A stretch of 64,000 bases of DNA from positions 36,022,001 through 36,086,000 of the forward strand of contig OX597816.1 in assembly GCA_951406725.2 (NCBI GenBank), written 5' to 3'. The notes below the pieces were generated by a model. The model saw only the letters and a list, made by a program, of their open reading frames with translations, had not been told where the DNA came from and ran no database searches. The stretch is from Octopus vulgaris (lineage: Eukaryota). Every line of letters starts with the position of its first letter. Within the stretch, counting starts at the first letter, position 1. Shown here piece after piece: positions 13,516 through 27,047 of this stretch. The position numbers and the translations under genes are program-made.

Positions 13516-13551
<36 letters not shown>

Positions 13552-13659
13552 AAGTATTCACAAAGATGCAGCAATGGCCAACTCCATATGCGTATGGTGA
13601 TGCAACCCAATGGTAGAATAAAATCCATGAATTAGGTACTCCACGGAAGGACGGGCTCC

Positions 13660-13715
<56 letters not shown>

Positions 13716-13759
13716 GCGTGTGTGTGTAAGTAGTTATAAATTATATGCATATGTACGTT

Positions 13760-13791
<32 letters not shown>

Positions 13792-16320
13792 CACACACAA
13801 GTACACGCATATATTAACACTGAAATGTATATGTCTAATGCATACTTTTGTATACATACTTTTGTAACTATGGAGGAGGTAAAGGAGGATTTATTAAAGT
13901 GCGTGTGTTTGTGAGTGTGGAGTGCGTTTGTGTATGTGAGCGCGTGTTTGTAGACTTGGAAGAGTATTTGTGTACCTTTACAAATGTAAAATTTTGGTTT
14001 TGATAGAATAAAATGATTGTCGTCACGACATTTATATCTAAGGTTGTATATTTAAATATATCCTATTGTTGTCTCATTTATTTTTATTCTCACATATCAA
14101 TTCACATTTCTTGGATTTCATTCGACATATCAATTGGACATTTTATTGATAATTCTCCTTAATTTTACTGCTTTTTATATATATTCAGTACACGCTGCTA
14201 TAATGCGTCTTTCAAGGAAGCAGAATAAGGAAAATAGGGAATGGAGTTCTAAGCTACAGCTTACGATGTGATACAAAACCTACAAAATTATCAAAATATT
14301 TATAGCATAAATTTTTGTATCTCAAGTTTAATATAAAAATGGAAGGGGTTTTATATATTTTTATCTGAACTTTCAAAATGAGGAAAAGATTTGGGGAAAT
14401 GGAGAGAAAAAAACAGTGTTTAATTCCAGTTCAAAAGCTGTGAAGTCATTTTCCTCGCTTTTCGCAGCAATATAATGAAACAGAGCTTTAATAAAATTCT
14501 ATTTTATGAAATGGAATGAACTGTGTGGAAAATATATGTGCCTGAGGCTTATGCAGTCATATGTAACGACTTAAAAGCATGAATTATAGAAAGGAGTGAT
14601 TGACAAAATCTATCTACAACACGTTTCAGAAAAAGAAATATAATAGGTCATCCTGTGAAAAATCAAAGTGCCTTCCATTATGTGGTTGAGAACATGAGAG
14701 CAAGAGAAGATAAAAATTACTTTTAGATTACGCCATATCATCTTAACAAAGTATGACCCATTGGAGAATGGGACATTATCTATTGCACGATAGAGATGTG
14801 GATATAAAATCAGATAAGATGAACCAAAGATAGAAACATTATCCTCATGCTTTTTAATCGGAATATATTTCAGTTCAAAAAGACGAGAGTATGATTAGAA
14901 AAAGCTACGTGGACACGAGAGAAGTGATGGAGATTCGCTGCATGTGTATAGGCCTGGTTCGGGGTCTAAGACATTGCATCGAATGTAATTGAAAGTGGAC
15001 CTGTTATATACCGAAAATCAGGCCTGTCACTTAAGGTCTAGACAATGATTGTATTAAAATTGCCTTTATTTAATTCAGGAATGAATTGTATATAAACTGA
15101 CACATTCTCGCTTTGGAAAGTTTTAATAAGTTATCGAAACTCTTTGATGTCAGACAGTTTAATTCATATATTCATATTAAGACATCAGATATATTGGGAA
15201 AATTATGCAATATCCAAGATATTTAACCTCTTTGCTTTCATAGCAAGAACGTGCAAATTCAACATCATTAGTTTTATAATTAATTATTCTGTAAATATAT
15301 TTCAACAACCTAAAAATCGAATATCTCTGTTGGCAAGTATCTGGCCAGTTCCAAATCTGTATAGGTTCCTTCTTCACACATGATTGCTGTCCCCTTCTAT
15401 TTACTCGTTGTCAAAGGTATTTATGACTACCCGTCTAAAGCCTCTTTCAGAGGACAATTCCCGGTGCAAACTTACATGTTTTAAAACATATCTAACAGAC
15501 AGAAGTTTTCACTGACTGTGCACTTCCAATTGGATGTGCAAACATGTCACCACCCTTCTATTGCCACAGCATCTCCGGTTGTTAGAATAAGATATCAAGT
15601 CATCATACATGGACATACGTACGTCATTCCATTTTAATGCAAGACATTACCACACTCTGAGTCTCTGGGGTTAATAACTCGTAATAGACCCAGGAAGTGA
15701 TGGCCCGTTATGTAAGACCGAAAATGATAAAGTGACACCAGCTACGATTCATGGCAAGATTTACCATTGCCAGGTAAAGCCAGTAACAACATGCAAGTGA
15801 TAATAGAGATTTTAATTGATATGTTTAAAAACCGAGCGATGCTTTTACCTGATAGGAAAGGCTTACATACAAAAAGGTGAACTGATCTATACCACTGGAT
15901 TGAAACAAAGTCGTAGGACTTACATCACAATTTTTCTTCTCCCAAAGAAATATATACACAAAGAATACGGGGTTTCCGTCACCTAGCTTTTAAATGACCG
16001 TTGGCATTATTCAGTTTATCTGCATTTAAAGGTGTTTTGCTTTTCACATTGCAGTGTGTCAAACAAAAACCTGTATCCTTATCTAGCAGGCCGATATCGT
16101 TGATGGTTAATCTCAGGCCACCTGAATTTGCAACGGGCTGCACTGGATAATATATTGCCAGAAGCACCTAGAATGACGTGAAAAGATATACATACGTTTA
16201 CACACACAAACCCACGCGCAGATATGCATATGAATCTATGTGTATATATATATATACGTATATGTAAATGCATTTATATCCATACATACATATACATATG
16301 TATATATATATATATATATA

Positions 16321-16470
16321 TAAAGGGTTTTCGTCAACATTATCCCCAATCTTGGTTATTCTAGAAACAGCTGTAAGAGAGTGTGTACTTTCTCTAGCCA
16401 AATTAAATGCCCTTTTCAGGTGATACGAAACGCTTTGTTTTTCTTTTTTACTTAAATCTAGACATACATA
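16321..16470 (+). mobile_element. 5'-truncated PLE-type terminal fragment with the 3' half of a hammerhead
   Basis: GAAAcagctgTAaga at about 16364-16378, same stem III as 37580-37708; CUGANGA box missing; (TA)n on both sides. Confidence 0.45.
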
Positions 16471-16492
16471 CATGCATGAATATATATATATA

Positions 16493-16536
<44 letters not shown>

Positions 16537-18152
16537 TATATATTAATACATTTGTGTGTGTATAGTTTGTTATTGTTGATATATACAATTAAGGAATCTA
16601 GCAGTAGAACAGTTTTTATGTGTAAATGCTCAATAATCCGTTATTTCTGTTGATGTATATGTCTCTCTGGTCGGCTGTATAAATGATGTTGACCATCATA
16701 AAAATAGGGAAAAGAAAGGAGTAACTTCAAACCAAGTATGTTCGATGAAACTAAACATAACAGGATTTCTTCTAATATTGAATAAATGGTCAGAATAAGG
16801 GAAGAATCGCAAGGATATAACACAGCAGTGTATATCACACACACGCAGATACAAACGGATATACCGACATAAACACTCCTACTACTTCCCGTTTACCTGT
16901 GATGCTAATATTGTCTTGTGCCTTTTCATGAGTTGCTACTAACTTCCCGAAATGAAAGAATGCAATACTCTGCCAAATTTATTTTGAAGGAAGCTTCCGC
17001 TGGAAACATATTTTTTTAGTTTCCAAAGGCAATTTCAATGTAGTCTTTCTGTCCACAAACACACATACTCACACACACACTCTCTCTCTTTCTCTATCTC
17101 TCTTTCTCTCTCTCTCTTTCTCTCTCTCGCTCTGTCTCTCTCTCTCTCTCACTATCTCTATCTCACTAGCTCTCTCGAATTGCAGTTTTGCCTGAATTAG
17201 AATCGATCCTGTATATCTCTCTTCAACATAAAAAATGTGTTTCGTATTGTTGTTCCATGTACTACATTTATTCTGATGTATTCTTAGTTTGAGTATAACC
17301 ATCTTCAGACGAATTCTTAAACCAACCATTCATCGATATATTATCGCATGTACAACTGCATTACCCATAATACCTGTAACAAGTGAGCAGACAAGAAAGA
17401 TAAAATTATATTTAGCTACACCACATCGCCTCTTTTGAAATGATACATCGAAAAAGTCATATTTTATATTCTCATTTATCCGTTCTCAAATACAGTTAAT
17501 AGATATCCCGGTAATTAATGGCTAGCCTAACGATTAGTAAATCACTTGTAAACTAATATCATAATTTCTGTTAACTCCTTACAATATCATTATTAAATAC
17601 CGATAGACATTATACTTAAATTATGGAATTACATTGTTAAATATGAAAGAGCATTTGGCAAGAAAAGGCGATAAATATATTGATCAACCCACAATTAGTA
17701 GCAAAGTGGCAATGATTAGCATCATTAGAGGTCACGTATGACACCGCAATCAATACTGTAGACTATTATACTTTCATTTCAATTCGACACTTCAAGACGG
17801 TACACAAGAGTCGACTGTAAGTGCTACCTAGTGAATAATTGAATAAATGCAAAAAATTGATGGCTTTTGATTAATTATCGTCTAGGTAATATTTCCTTTC
17901 TCAATTATAACCCGTGCAATTGGGAATGGGATATAGTACTTCAAATTAATTACAGGTTTGTATATATATATATGTGTGTATGTGTGTGTGTGTTTGTGTG
18001 TGTGTGCGTGTGTGTTCGTGCGTGTGTGCGCGTGTGTGTGTATGTGTGTGTGAGATTGTGCGTGTGTATGTATGTATATATATGTATATATGTGTATATA
18101 TAAGTATACGTATATTTATATATATATAAGTGTACAGATCTATACATACATA

Positions 18153-18252
<100 letters not shown>

Positions 18253-18808
18253 CACACATACACACTTCAAGTTGTGCTGATAATACCAGACTGACATGGT
18301 GCTTCATTTTAAGTACCTATTACAACTAAATCTCATTTCTATATATATATACCTGTGTATACATACATATATGTATATATAAATGAAAAATGCATTAAAT
18401 ACTACAAGGTGTACACGTAAGGCAGACCCCGGAACACTAACACTTTATCCATTTTCATCTATTTAACGATAGTCACCTGCAAGATTTGTGGAGAAATAGT
18501 TTTCGAGTAAACATAATATTACAGCGTGCACGTACGAAGTAAACAACAGTAATTGAAACATTAGATGAAGTGAGTATATAAATAAATTTAGCCTTGGTGG
18601 AAAACAGGAGAATGATGGATTAACGCCTGGGAGAAAACCAGAAATGGATATAAAGAACAGAATTGAGAAGACAAAATAAGGAAGAAGAGAAAAAGGAACA
18701 GAACCGAGAAGAGTAAAAGATTGACCAGCACGCTGGGCGTGCAGTGACAAAAAAAGCATATAGAAAATCAGTAAATGATCACAGCATACACACACACATA
18801 CACACACA

Positions 18809-18847
<39 letters not shown>

Positions 18848-18852
18848 ACACA

Positions 18853-18929
<77 letters not shown>

Positions 18930-18934
<5 letters not shown>

Positions 18935-19097
18935 CGTAATAACCGTGACCGACCAGGCTACCAGATCTTGCTACACATCGCTGGTCACAATGCGCTTCGC
19001 ATTGTTTTAGCCTTCGCAACGCCCGGTCTGTGAATCAAAACCACGATCCTACAACCGCAAGTCCGCTGCCCTAACCACTGGGCCATAACATCTCCTA
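18930..19097 (-). mobile_element. SINE family C type 1, internally deleted
   Basis: Tail 18930-19015 joined directly to the tRNA-like head 19018-19097. Confidence 0.85.
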
Positions 19098-19239
19098 TAT
19101 ATAATAGCTGCACCCTCCTTACACGAGAAAAGCCATTCCCAAAAAGAATTACTGAAATGATTCCTTACTAATGTCATGTGATGCCCGTATATTACTATTA
19201 AGCCCAGTTTTACACAATCTATTGCATACTGCACAGCTA

Positions 19240-19510
19240 TGCTAGGTGGCAGGAGAAACAGGTGCCACCATATGCACTCTCCTAACATGTCTTTTCATAC
19301 CTACAAGTGAGAGGCATACTCCTCTACCTTTTACACATGTTCTGTTGTGAATTGTATTAGCCACATCAATGTGTATCATGGGTCGATTGCTGTGAGATCT
19401 GTGATGGCTGACCAGGCCTGCACGACACAAACACCTCCCCCCACAAATCACACAAACAAAAAGCAACACTACATCACCCTACACAGATTTCCTCCTTCTT
19501 AGCCCGCTCG
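19240..19510 (-). mobile_element. RTE-like LINE 3' fragment
   Basis: FVCVICGGRCLCRAGLVSHHRSH resembles the C-terminal C2H2-type finger of RTE/BovB ORFs. Confidence 0.6.
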
Positions 19511-19524
19511 TAATTCTCTCATAT

Positions 19525-19660
19525 AGGCAGTGAGCTGGCAAAATCACTAGCATGCCGGGCGAAATGCTTAGCGGCATTTCTCACGTTTTGAGTTCAAAAT
19601 TCCGATGAGGTCGCAGTTGTCTTTAAAAAGCGGTGCCCCAACATGACTATAATCTAAATA
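19525..19660 (+). mobile_element. SINE family A head joined to a family B/CR1-type tail fragment
   Basis: ggcagtgagctggca...gagttcaaaattccg, then gcggtgccccaacatgac. Confidence 0.6.
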
Positions 19661-20173
19661 ATAAGGAAACAAAGAACTCGTTCACCACATCTTTAACAAT
19701 TCATTACAATTATTTCTGTACGAACTGTGCTTGTAAAACCATATATGTATATGGGAGAGTTATTCTTTTATTTATTGTTGAACATATTTACAAACATTAA
19801 ACACAAATACCGAAATAGCATCTGATTTAAGAAACAGAGGAACATGACAACAGCCAGAGGAAAGAATTAAAGTGAAGTCAGCGAAAGATAGATTTAGTTG
19901 GATTAAACATCAATAACACAGTTAATGGTTAAACCAGAATGTGGAACTATAAACGTCATATGTCCGTCATATTTCAGACAATATATGTAAAGATGCATAC
20001 GAATAATTATATGCATACGCACACTCACACCCGCACACAAATACACGCAAGATTTAATTCTTTGTATTAGCGGTTGTTATGTCTCCTCTGTTTCTTAAAT
20101 CAGATGCATTTAAGGTATTTGTGCTTACTCTTAGTAAATACATTCAGTAATTAATAAAAGAATGAAGGAACAC

Positions 20174-20231
<58 letters not shown>

Positions 20232-20299
20232 TCATATACATATTGTACAAGTGTTTGTGCGTGTGTGTAGTGATGCTATAACGTATATCTATGTACATA

Positions 20300-21144
20300 C
20301 AACTCAACATCCACGAACTCAAACATTCCAATTAAAGAAGGATTTACAACTAAAAGCCCTACCATACATCTCCACAAACAGCCCTCTGCACAATGTATCA
20401 TTTCAGGGACGATACTACCTGTAGCCAACGATATTAGTTCTTTATCACAAAATACAGACCCCTTTTGAACGTATCTACAACAAATGACATACCCACCACC
20501 ACCTTAAGTATCACACACGGAAATATTGGAAATGATACACTCTAAAGAGATACGCAAGTATCCATTAAAAACAGACCCAATCACTACTATAAACCACAAC
20601 GAATCACTTTTAGGTCAGTTGACCATTTAACAACTTACTGCTATCACACGAGTCCCGCATTCTTTTATTACTATTTTGCTTCTTCGCTTTCGTCTTCGTC
20701 TTCTTCTTCCTCTCCGCCACCTCCTTCCTGACTTTACTACTAGAGCTGGTGAGAATAACACCCACACAAATATTAAAAACAATACATTCAAAAGAGATAT
20801 CTCAAGAACTCAATCACTACTAACATCCACAAGTCAATTTCAGGCCACTTAACATCCTACTACTATAACACCAATCCCACATTCTTTTCGTCTTCTTCTT
20901 CTCTGCCAAGAATTCACAACGACCATGAACCCACAAGAGTAAACAAGAGAGACAGAGACAGATAGAAACAAGGAAAATGTCCCTTGTATTTGAATACTAT
21001 GCAAATATTCTTTAAAAAAAAATTATTTCATTTTTCCAAATTTTTTTTTTTTTACTTAGAGTTGAAAAAGTTTCACTAACAGAAACTGGTATTAAATGTA
21101 TTTTTTGTAATAAAATTATTTTAGCATTTTCTACCTTTTTTCCT

Positions 21145-21145
<1 letters not shown>
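20300..21145 (+). mobile_element. Degraded Penelope-like 3' remnant
   Basis: LKALPYISTNSP resembles the PLE linker motif LPYISTxNP; terminal ttgaaaa...GAAActggTA followed by AATAAA near 21062-21114. Confidence 0.35.
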
Positions 21146-21214
<69 letters not shown>

Positions 21215-21708
21215 CGTGTGTGTGCGTGCGTGTCTGTGTGTGTGCGTGTGCGTGTGCGTGAGAGAGAGAGAAGGTGGAGTCCTATTTCATCCTTTACTCT
21301 GGAGATTTCCGAATGTCAGTTTCTAATAAAAGTTCTTCATATTTCATTGGTAGCTTACTGTTGTAAGAATTTAGCGGATATAAAAATACTACAAGTATAA
21401 GGTGTGTTATGAGGATTTATAGAAGAAGCATGCTATAGAAACTCAACAAACTTTTAATGATAGAGAAGTGAAGATGTTAGAATTTTGAAAATTATTTACT
21501 CCATGCATACGATCGTTTCAAACAGCAATATTAACATGTAAATACCATGTTAGAAAAAAAAGAAACTAATTTAATTAACATAAAATTAATTACATATTAC
21601 GGTACGCCCTTGTGCGAAAAAAGAATCCACAAAAAAAGTAATACAATTATAGTTACAGAAGATTTAATAGAGTGAGTATCACATAATATTCGTATATATA
21701 TATATATA

Positions 21709-22010
21709 TCTTTATATGTAAAAGTGAAGTTGTGTGTCTGTCTCCTACGATTTAGATTCCTAACTACTCCCACATTTTGCGGTGCAGTTAAACCAAAAGC
21801 GGGTATCTTATAGTCAGGATTCATATCGAGTCCCTCTGGGTATTAGAGCGCGTCTACGATGAGTCTACGATTAAAAAAAAAAAACTTTACCATAATTTTT
21901 CCGCATTTTTAATGCATTTTCGCTCGGTTTAAATAAGGGTAGTAACTCTCTATAAATGCTTATATAGTTGTTTCCCTTACAAACCCGAGCAACGCCGGGC
22001 GATACTGCTA

Positions 22011-22011
<1 letters not shown>
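21709..22011 (+). mobile_element. Non-autonomous Helitron
   Basis: A|TC start, hairpin cccgagcaacgccggg at 21984-21999, CTAG|T end, inserted in (TA)n. Confidence 0.8.
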
Positions 22012-22065
<54 letters not shown>

Positions 22066-22116
22066 CCTTATGAAAGTTGAAGAGTATGCTAAGGATTCTG
22101 CTAGATCACCGCATTC

Positions 22117-22137
22117 ATAATAATAATAATAATAATG

Positions 22138-22200
<63 letters not shown>

Positions 22201-22215
22201 GTAATAATAATAATA

Positions 22216-22278
<63 letters not shown>
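22117..22278. repeat. (AAT)n microsatellite
   Basis: Direct reading. Confidence 0.95.
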
Positions 22279-22280
<2 letters not shown>

Positions 22281-22827
22281 CCTTACAGGGAATTTATAGA
22301 TATTTTAATGCATAGCTACGCGTGCTTCGAGCAATTCATATGTTTCTTAAATCCATAGTCCATATTCCTGGGATGACTACAGTAGAGCTTGTAGTACATA
22401 TCGTCACCGGGAAACATATTCATTCCCTCATTTCTATGGACTCTACTGTAATCATCCCACGACTACACGCTATGATCTTGAGAAATGTAACTAGACTCAA
22501 CAACACTTTTTAACATGCTCTTAATCTTTCATAAGGATAATATGTATATCCGAATGTGTTATGTGAGACTCACTGAATCAAATCTTCTGTAACAATAATA
22601 ATATTACTTTTTTGATGTATTCTTTTTACGGACTGAGAAGAACAGTAATATGTAATTAATTTAATTTCTAATTTTTTCCTAACATGTCATTTACATGTTA
22701 ATATTGCTGTTCGAAACGATCGCATGCATGGATTAAATTCTTTTCGAACTTCTAACATCTCTTCGACATCTTTAACAGTTTGTTGAGTTTCTATAGCATA
22801 CTTGTTTTATAAATTCTCATAACACAT

Positions 22828-22893
<66 letters not shown>

Positions 22894-22942
22894 GTAGTTG
22901 CATTATATATCTTAGTATGGATAGCTGACATAAGTTCCTTGT

Positions 22943-23025
22943 TTTTCCTGATGAGAAGGCGGCATAATGCACCCCTTATTCCTTCTAAATTAGAAATATG
23001 CAGCCTTCGAAACATATGTCGAGAA
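22943..23025 (+). ncRNA. Type-I minimal hammerhead ribozyme, all core nucleotides intact
   Basis: Stem I ttttc/gagaa; CUGAUGA 22948-22954; stem II gaaggc-ggcat/atgc-a-gccttc; GAAA 23009-23012; palindromic catatg; GUC with predicted cleavage after 23020; AATAAA 23024-23029. Confidence 0.85.
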
Positions 23026-23079
23026 TAAAGTAATTTTGTTAAATCGTCGTTCAACTCCATTTTTTCATTTATATATATA

Positions 23080-23444
23080 CTAGCAGCATCGCCCGGAGTT
23101 GCTCGGGTTTGTAAGGGAAATAACTATAAAGCATTTTTAGAGAGTTATAGCCAAAAAATGGAAAAAAAATTATGGTAATTTTTTTTTAGTTAAAAAGGTC
23201 GAGTTGCGTCCCCTAGACAGTCTGTGGTTTGTGTTTCTGATTCTCGACCTCATGTCGAATTTATCTATTTTTTTCAGAACTGGGGGAACTTTTCAAAATT
23301 TTCGCTGCGTTAGTTTTGAATTATGACATTGGGCTATGTGTGTGTCAAGTTTCATCAGAATCGGTTGAAAGCCGTGGTCAGGGTGAGGGTACAACCTGAC
23401 AGACACACAGACACACACACAGACAAACTGCCGTTTATATATAG

Positions 23445-23445
<1 letters not shown>
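23080..23445 (-). mobile_element. Non-autonomous Helitron, related subfamily
   Basis: Shares the CTAG/hairpin end with 21709-22011 but has a different internal and 5' region; A|TC start on the minus strand. Confidence 0.8.
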
Positions 23446-23489
<44 letters not shown>

Positions 23490-24188
23490 CATACATACAT
23501 ACACATCCACACACGCGCACACACGCGCACTCACGCACACACACGCACACACACGCACACACACACACATATATATATATATATAGCATAAGGAATTTAT
23601 TTATTATCCCAATGTCCGATAATAAAATGTCAATTAGTAATCTACACAATGCCGCTTATGCTTTCTGAAATTATTCTACAGACACGAGAGATTAATTTAG
23701 AAAACGTCTGTGAATCAGATGTTTTCATTGCTTTCGTTTAGTCTGTCGCTATATACTTTATACTTATCACTTAATACTTCTGAGCTTCGCCTAGCTTACT
23801 ATACATGTTTCAGCATTTCATGCTTGCTAACGTCGAAAAGATACTGACTAATTCAGTATTAACAATGTCAGTGTTTCATTTCCATTACTGATATTGACCA
23901 TGTGACTCCCTATCCGAGCCCATCTCTCTGAGACAGGGATGGATCGCACTTTGTTTAACCATAGCATGTACCTCAGAGAAGCAGAGCAATCTCGCTGAGT
24001 CTCTTGTCATTCATTATTTTAATTGGTATCCACAAATGCTTAGGTGTGTCAGGTACGAGATAAATTTAGCTATGACAATAGTTCGTCACTCATAGCATGT
24101 AAATCGAGTTTTCCTGCTTTGCAGGTGTTATTCATTGCTGTATTCCTCAGGTGACAATATCTTTAGCAACTATGGTTTACCACAGCGT

Positions 24189-24403
24189 TCGACGTTAGCA
24201 CGCCGGGCGAAATGCGTAGCCGTATTTCGTCTGCCGTTACGTTCTGATTTCAAATTCCGCCGAGGTCAACTTTGCCCTTCATCCTTTCGGGGTCGATAAA
24301 TTAGGCACCAGTTACGCACTGGGGTCGATGTAATCGACTTAATCCGTGTGTCTGTCTTTGTTTCTCCTCTCTGTGTTTAGCCCCTTCGCGGGCAATAAAA
24401 AAA
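24189..24403 (+). mobile_element. SINE family A, slightly 5'-truncated
   Basis: Near-identical to 1091-1326. Confidence 0.9.
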
Positions 24404-27047
24404 TATATATTATTTGTGTTTTCTATGAATTAAGTTCTTGTTATTCCTGATAATAAATGCTCTCATACAGACGATCCCATTCTAAATTTCTCAGGATCCT
24501 TGCGTCCATATGCTGCATCATTTGCACATTACTAAAAACATGCAGGTCAGTTCATATCTTCAAGGATAGATTGTTCGGAAAAAGCTGTCATATACATTCA
24601 AGCATACATAAAATAAACATAGTATACCAAATAACAAAGATGGAGTGTAGAGGATTTTGTAGAAAGTAAAAAGGGTGACGGAGGCAGAACTACGTGGCAA
24701 GGGTCTAAGCTAACATACCCATTACACACCTACGTAGAACAAGTCTCTGCAGCTGAAGAATCTTCACCTCTTTACATACTCAGATACACATTCGTCACGA
24801 TCAGGAAAGTTGCACTTTCACAAGTCTGAATAATGAGTGACGTCGGTCTATTTAGCCTAAGCATAGGACAATATTTGTATTACACACGCGCACAAACGCA
24901 TGTCAACACACACATATACACACACGCGGACGCACGCACGCACGCACTACTCACACACACATACAAACACGTACTAAAATCTAAGGCACCGTTCAAAATG
25001 AATACATTTCCCTAATTCGACTTTCACCCTTAGACGTCTAGCTTTAACTTTAATCGCTGTTAGTCTTACAAATTTGCTATACATCTACCGCCTTCCTCGG
25101 TGTCACCCAACAATTTTACACTTTGAATCAATGCATTCGCAGTGTAACTCACAATGATATCCTCGTACTAAAAATTTGTTTAAAGAGTGCACATTAACCA
25201 TTACATGCAGCTGTATATCTCATTGCATTTGTCTTCCCATCATGATTTTCCTTTTAGCTGAAAACCATCGACCGACAAGATTATCGATACTGTTTTCAGC
25301 AAGTAACCTGCATACGAAATTAATGGTGAATTGAATTCGTTTAGTAAATATACTTACGTTTTCTGAGGGACTTTCCTAAGAAATGTTAGTGTTCATTAAT
25401 CAACATTTTTTTACTATACAGATCTAGCTGTTACCATTGGGTTAAATATTTGAACCGTGTAATCCAGCTTCCTGTGAAAGAGAGAGCAGAAAACAAACAA
25501 ATAAATTTAATTAAATTTACAATATGTTGTGTATTATTTTCAGAGTAAAGTGCATTTGCATATATCTTTGTGGACGTGTTTAAAGAGAATAATTTTCATT
25601 TTATTACCTTCAAGATGACTAGCAAAGGTTATCAAGCAACATCAAGTTAATGGATATTTATAGATTAGAATTTAGACCATGCATTTTGATTAAATATTCA
25701 TGTGTCATATAAATTGATAGAAATCACAGAAAACACGCTATTTTATCTCACTTCAATAATCGTAGCTTAGAAGGATGTTGTTTCACAGCATAAATTTTAT
25801 ATTCACAGAAATACTGCTGAATCATGCGACTCAACATTCAATTAACATCAATCAGAATGTATATATACAACAGAAATTATTCGAGAATAGCTTAGATGAG
25901 TTACAGAACTTAGTTACAAGTAGTCATTAAAATTATGAATATTCACGCAAAGAGAAATACTATGGCATACTTTAAGGATTAATATACATAGATATGTGTG
26001 CATATATGTGGTAATATATCGATATGTTTGTGAGTTTTAATACTGTGTGTGATTATGTGTGAATGTATGTTGGTAGTTGTGTGTATGTGTGTGAGTATTC
26101 GTGACATATTTCCATTTGGTAAAATTCCTAACTTCTTCAGAAATTGCATTTAATATTTAAAAGTTGTAGCCCAAAGGTTGCAATACGTTGAGAATAAATT
26201 CCTACATTTTAAATACCAAATATTACATCCTTTCACATACTACATCCCTTCACAGACATACACTAATATGCACACATATATACATACCAGTATGTAAGTA
26301 TATATATAGATATCTGTGCGCGCGTGTGTTTGTGTGTGTGTGTGTGTATGTGCGTGTGTGTGTCTGTATCTGTGTATGTGCATGTGTGTGCGCGCGTGCG
26401 TATGTGTATATGTGCATATACGTACATGTTAAATGTAAAAAGACAACTGCTCGTTATACCGTTTTAATCTGTGTGGAAACTATTCACTATCATTGCATCC
26501 AATCAAATTTAAGCCTGCACAAGGCGTATCTACTAAATACTAGGTTAAGTAATTAGACGTATCGAAAGACACACTTTCTCTTCTAGAAATAAATATTACT
26601 AAATGATTGCATCTATTTCTTTTTGAGATGACTGCCTTATATAATCATTTTCGTAAACTATTTTCTCAAAATACTCACTTGTTTTTCTTGCAGAGATTGC
26701 AAGCGATAAGATATTTCTGATGAAGTGAACATTATATTACCGCTAGATAATAGATTATCAATGTTGTTGCTGAATATGCTAAAGAAAGAGCGGCTAAACA
26801 CCTGTAAATCACAATCTAGATTCATAATTCTCAAAGGACATATATTTTGGATTATGTTATCCCAGACGGCGATAAAAATGCATACCTAGCATTCGCGCGT
26901 TTTTCCTCCTGGGGCTTGATAACAAAAATGATAGTTATTCGTGATATCAATACATATTTTCATTGTAAATAATACGAGATTTATACTGAAAGGACTTTAA
27001 ATGATGGTTAACTTTTTGTCTTTTTCCTACTATTATTATATGACATA

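Larger units (their letters stand above)
21402..22827. repeat. Long inverted repeat with degenerate hammerheads; left arm split by a Helitron and (TA)n
   Basis: 21402-21700 pairs with 22545-22827, and 22061-22092 with 22510-22541; inner hairpin at 22369-22459. Confidence 0.85.

Noticed and set aside
15177-15377. EVKYLGYCI resembling a Gypsy RT motif
   Set aside because: No YxDD or other RT motifs and no LTRs seen nearby
26098-26146. Minus-strand CUGAAGA...GAAAtatgUC
   Set aside because: Stem I does not pair; chance match or too decayed to call
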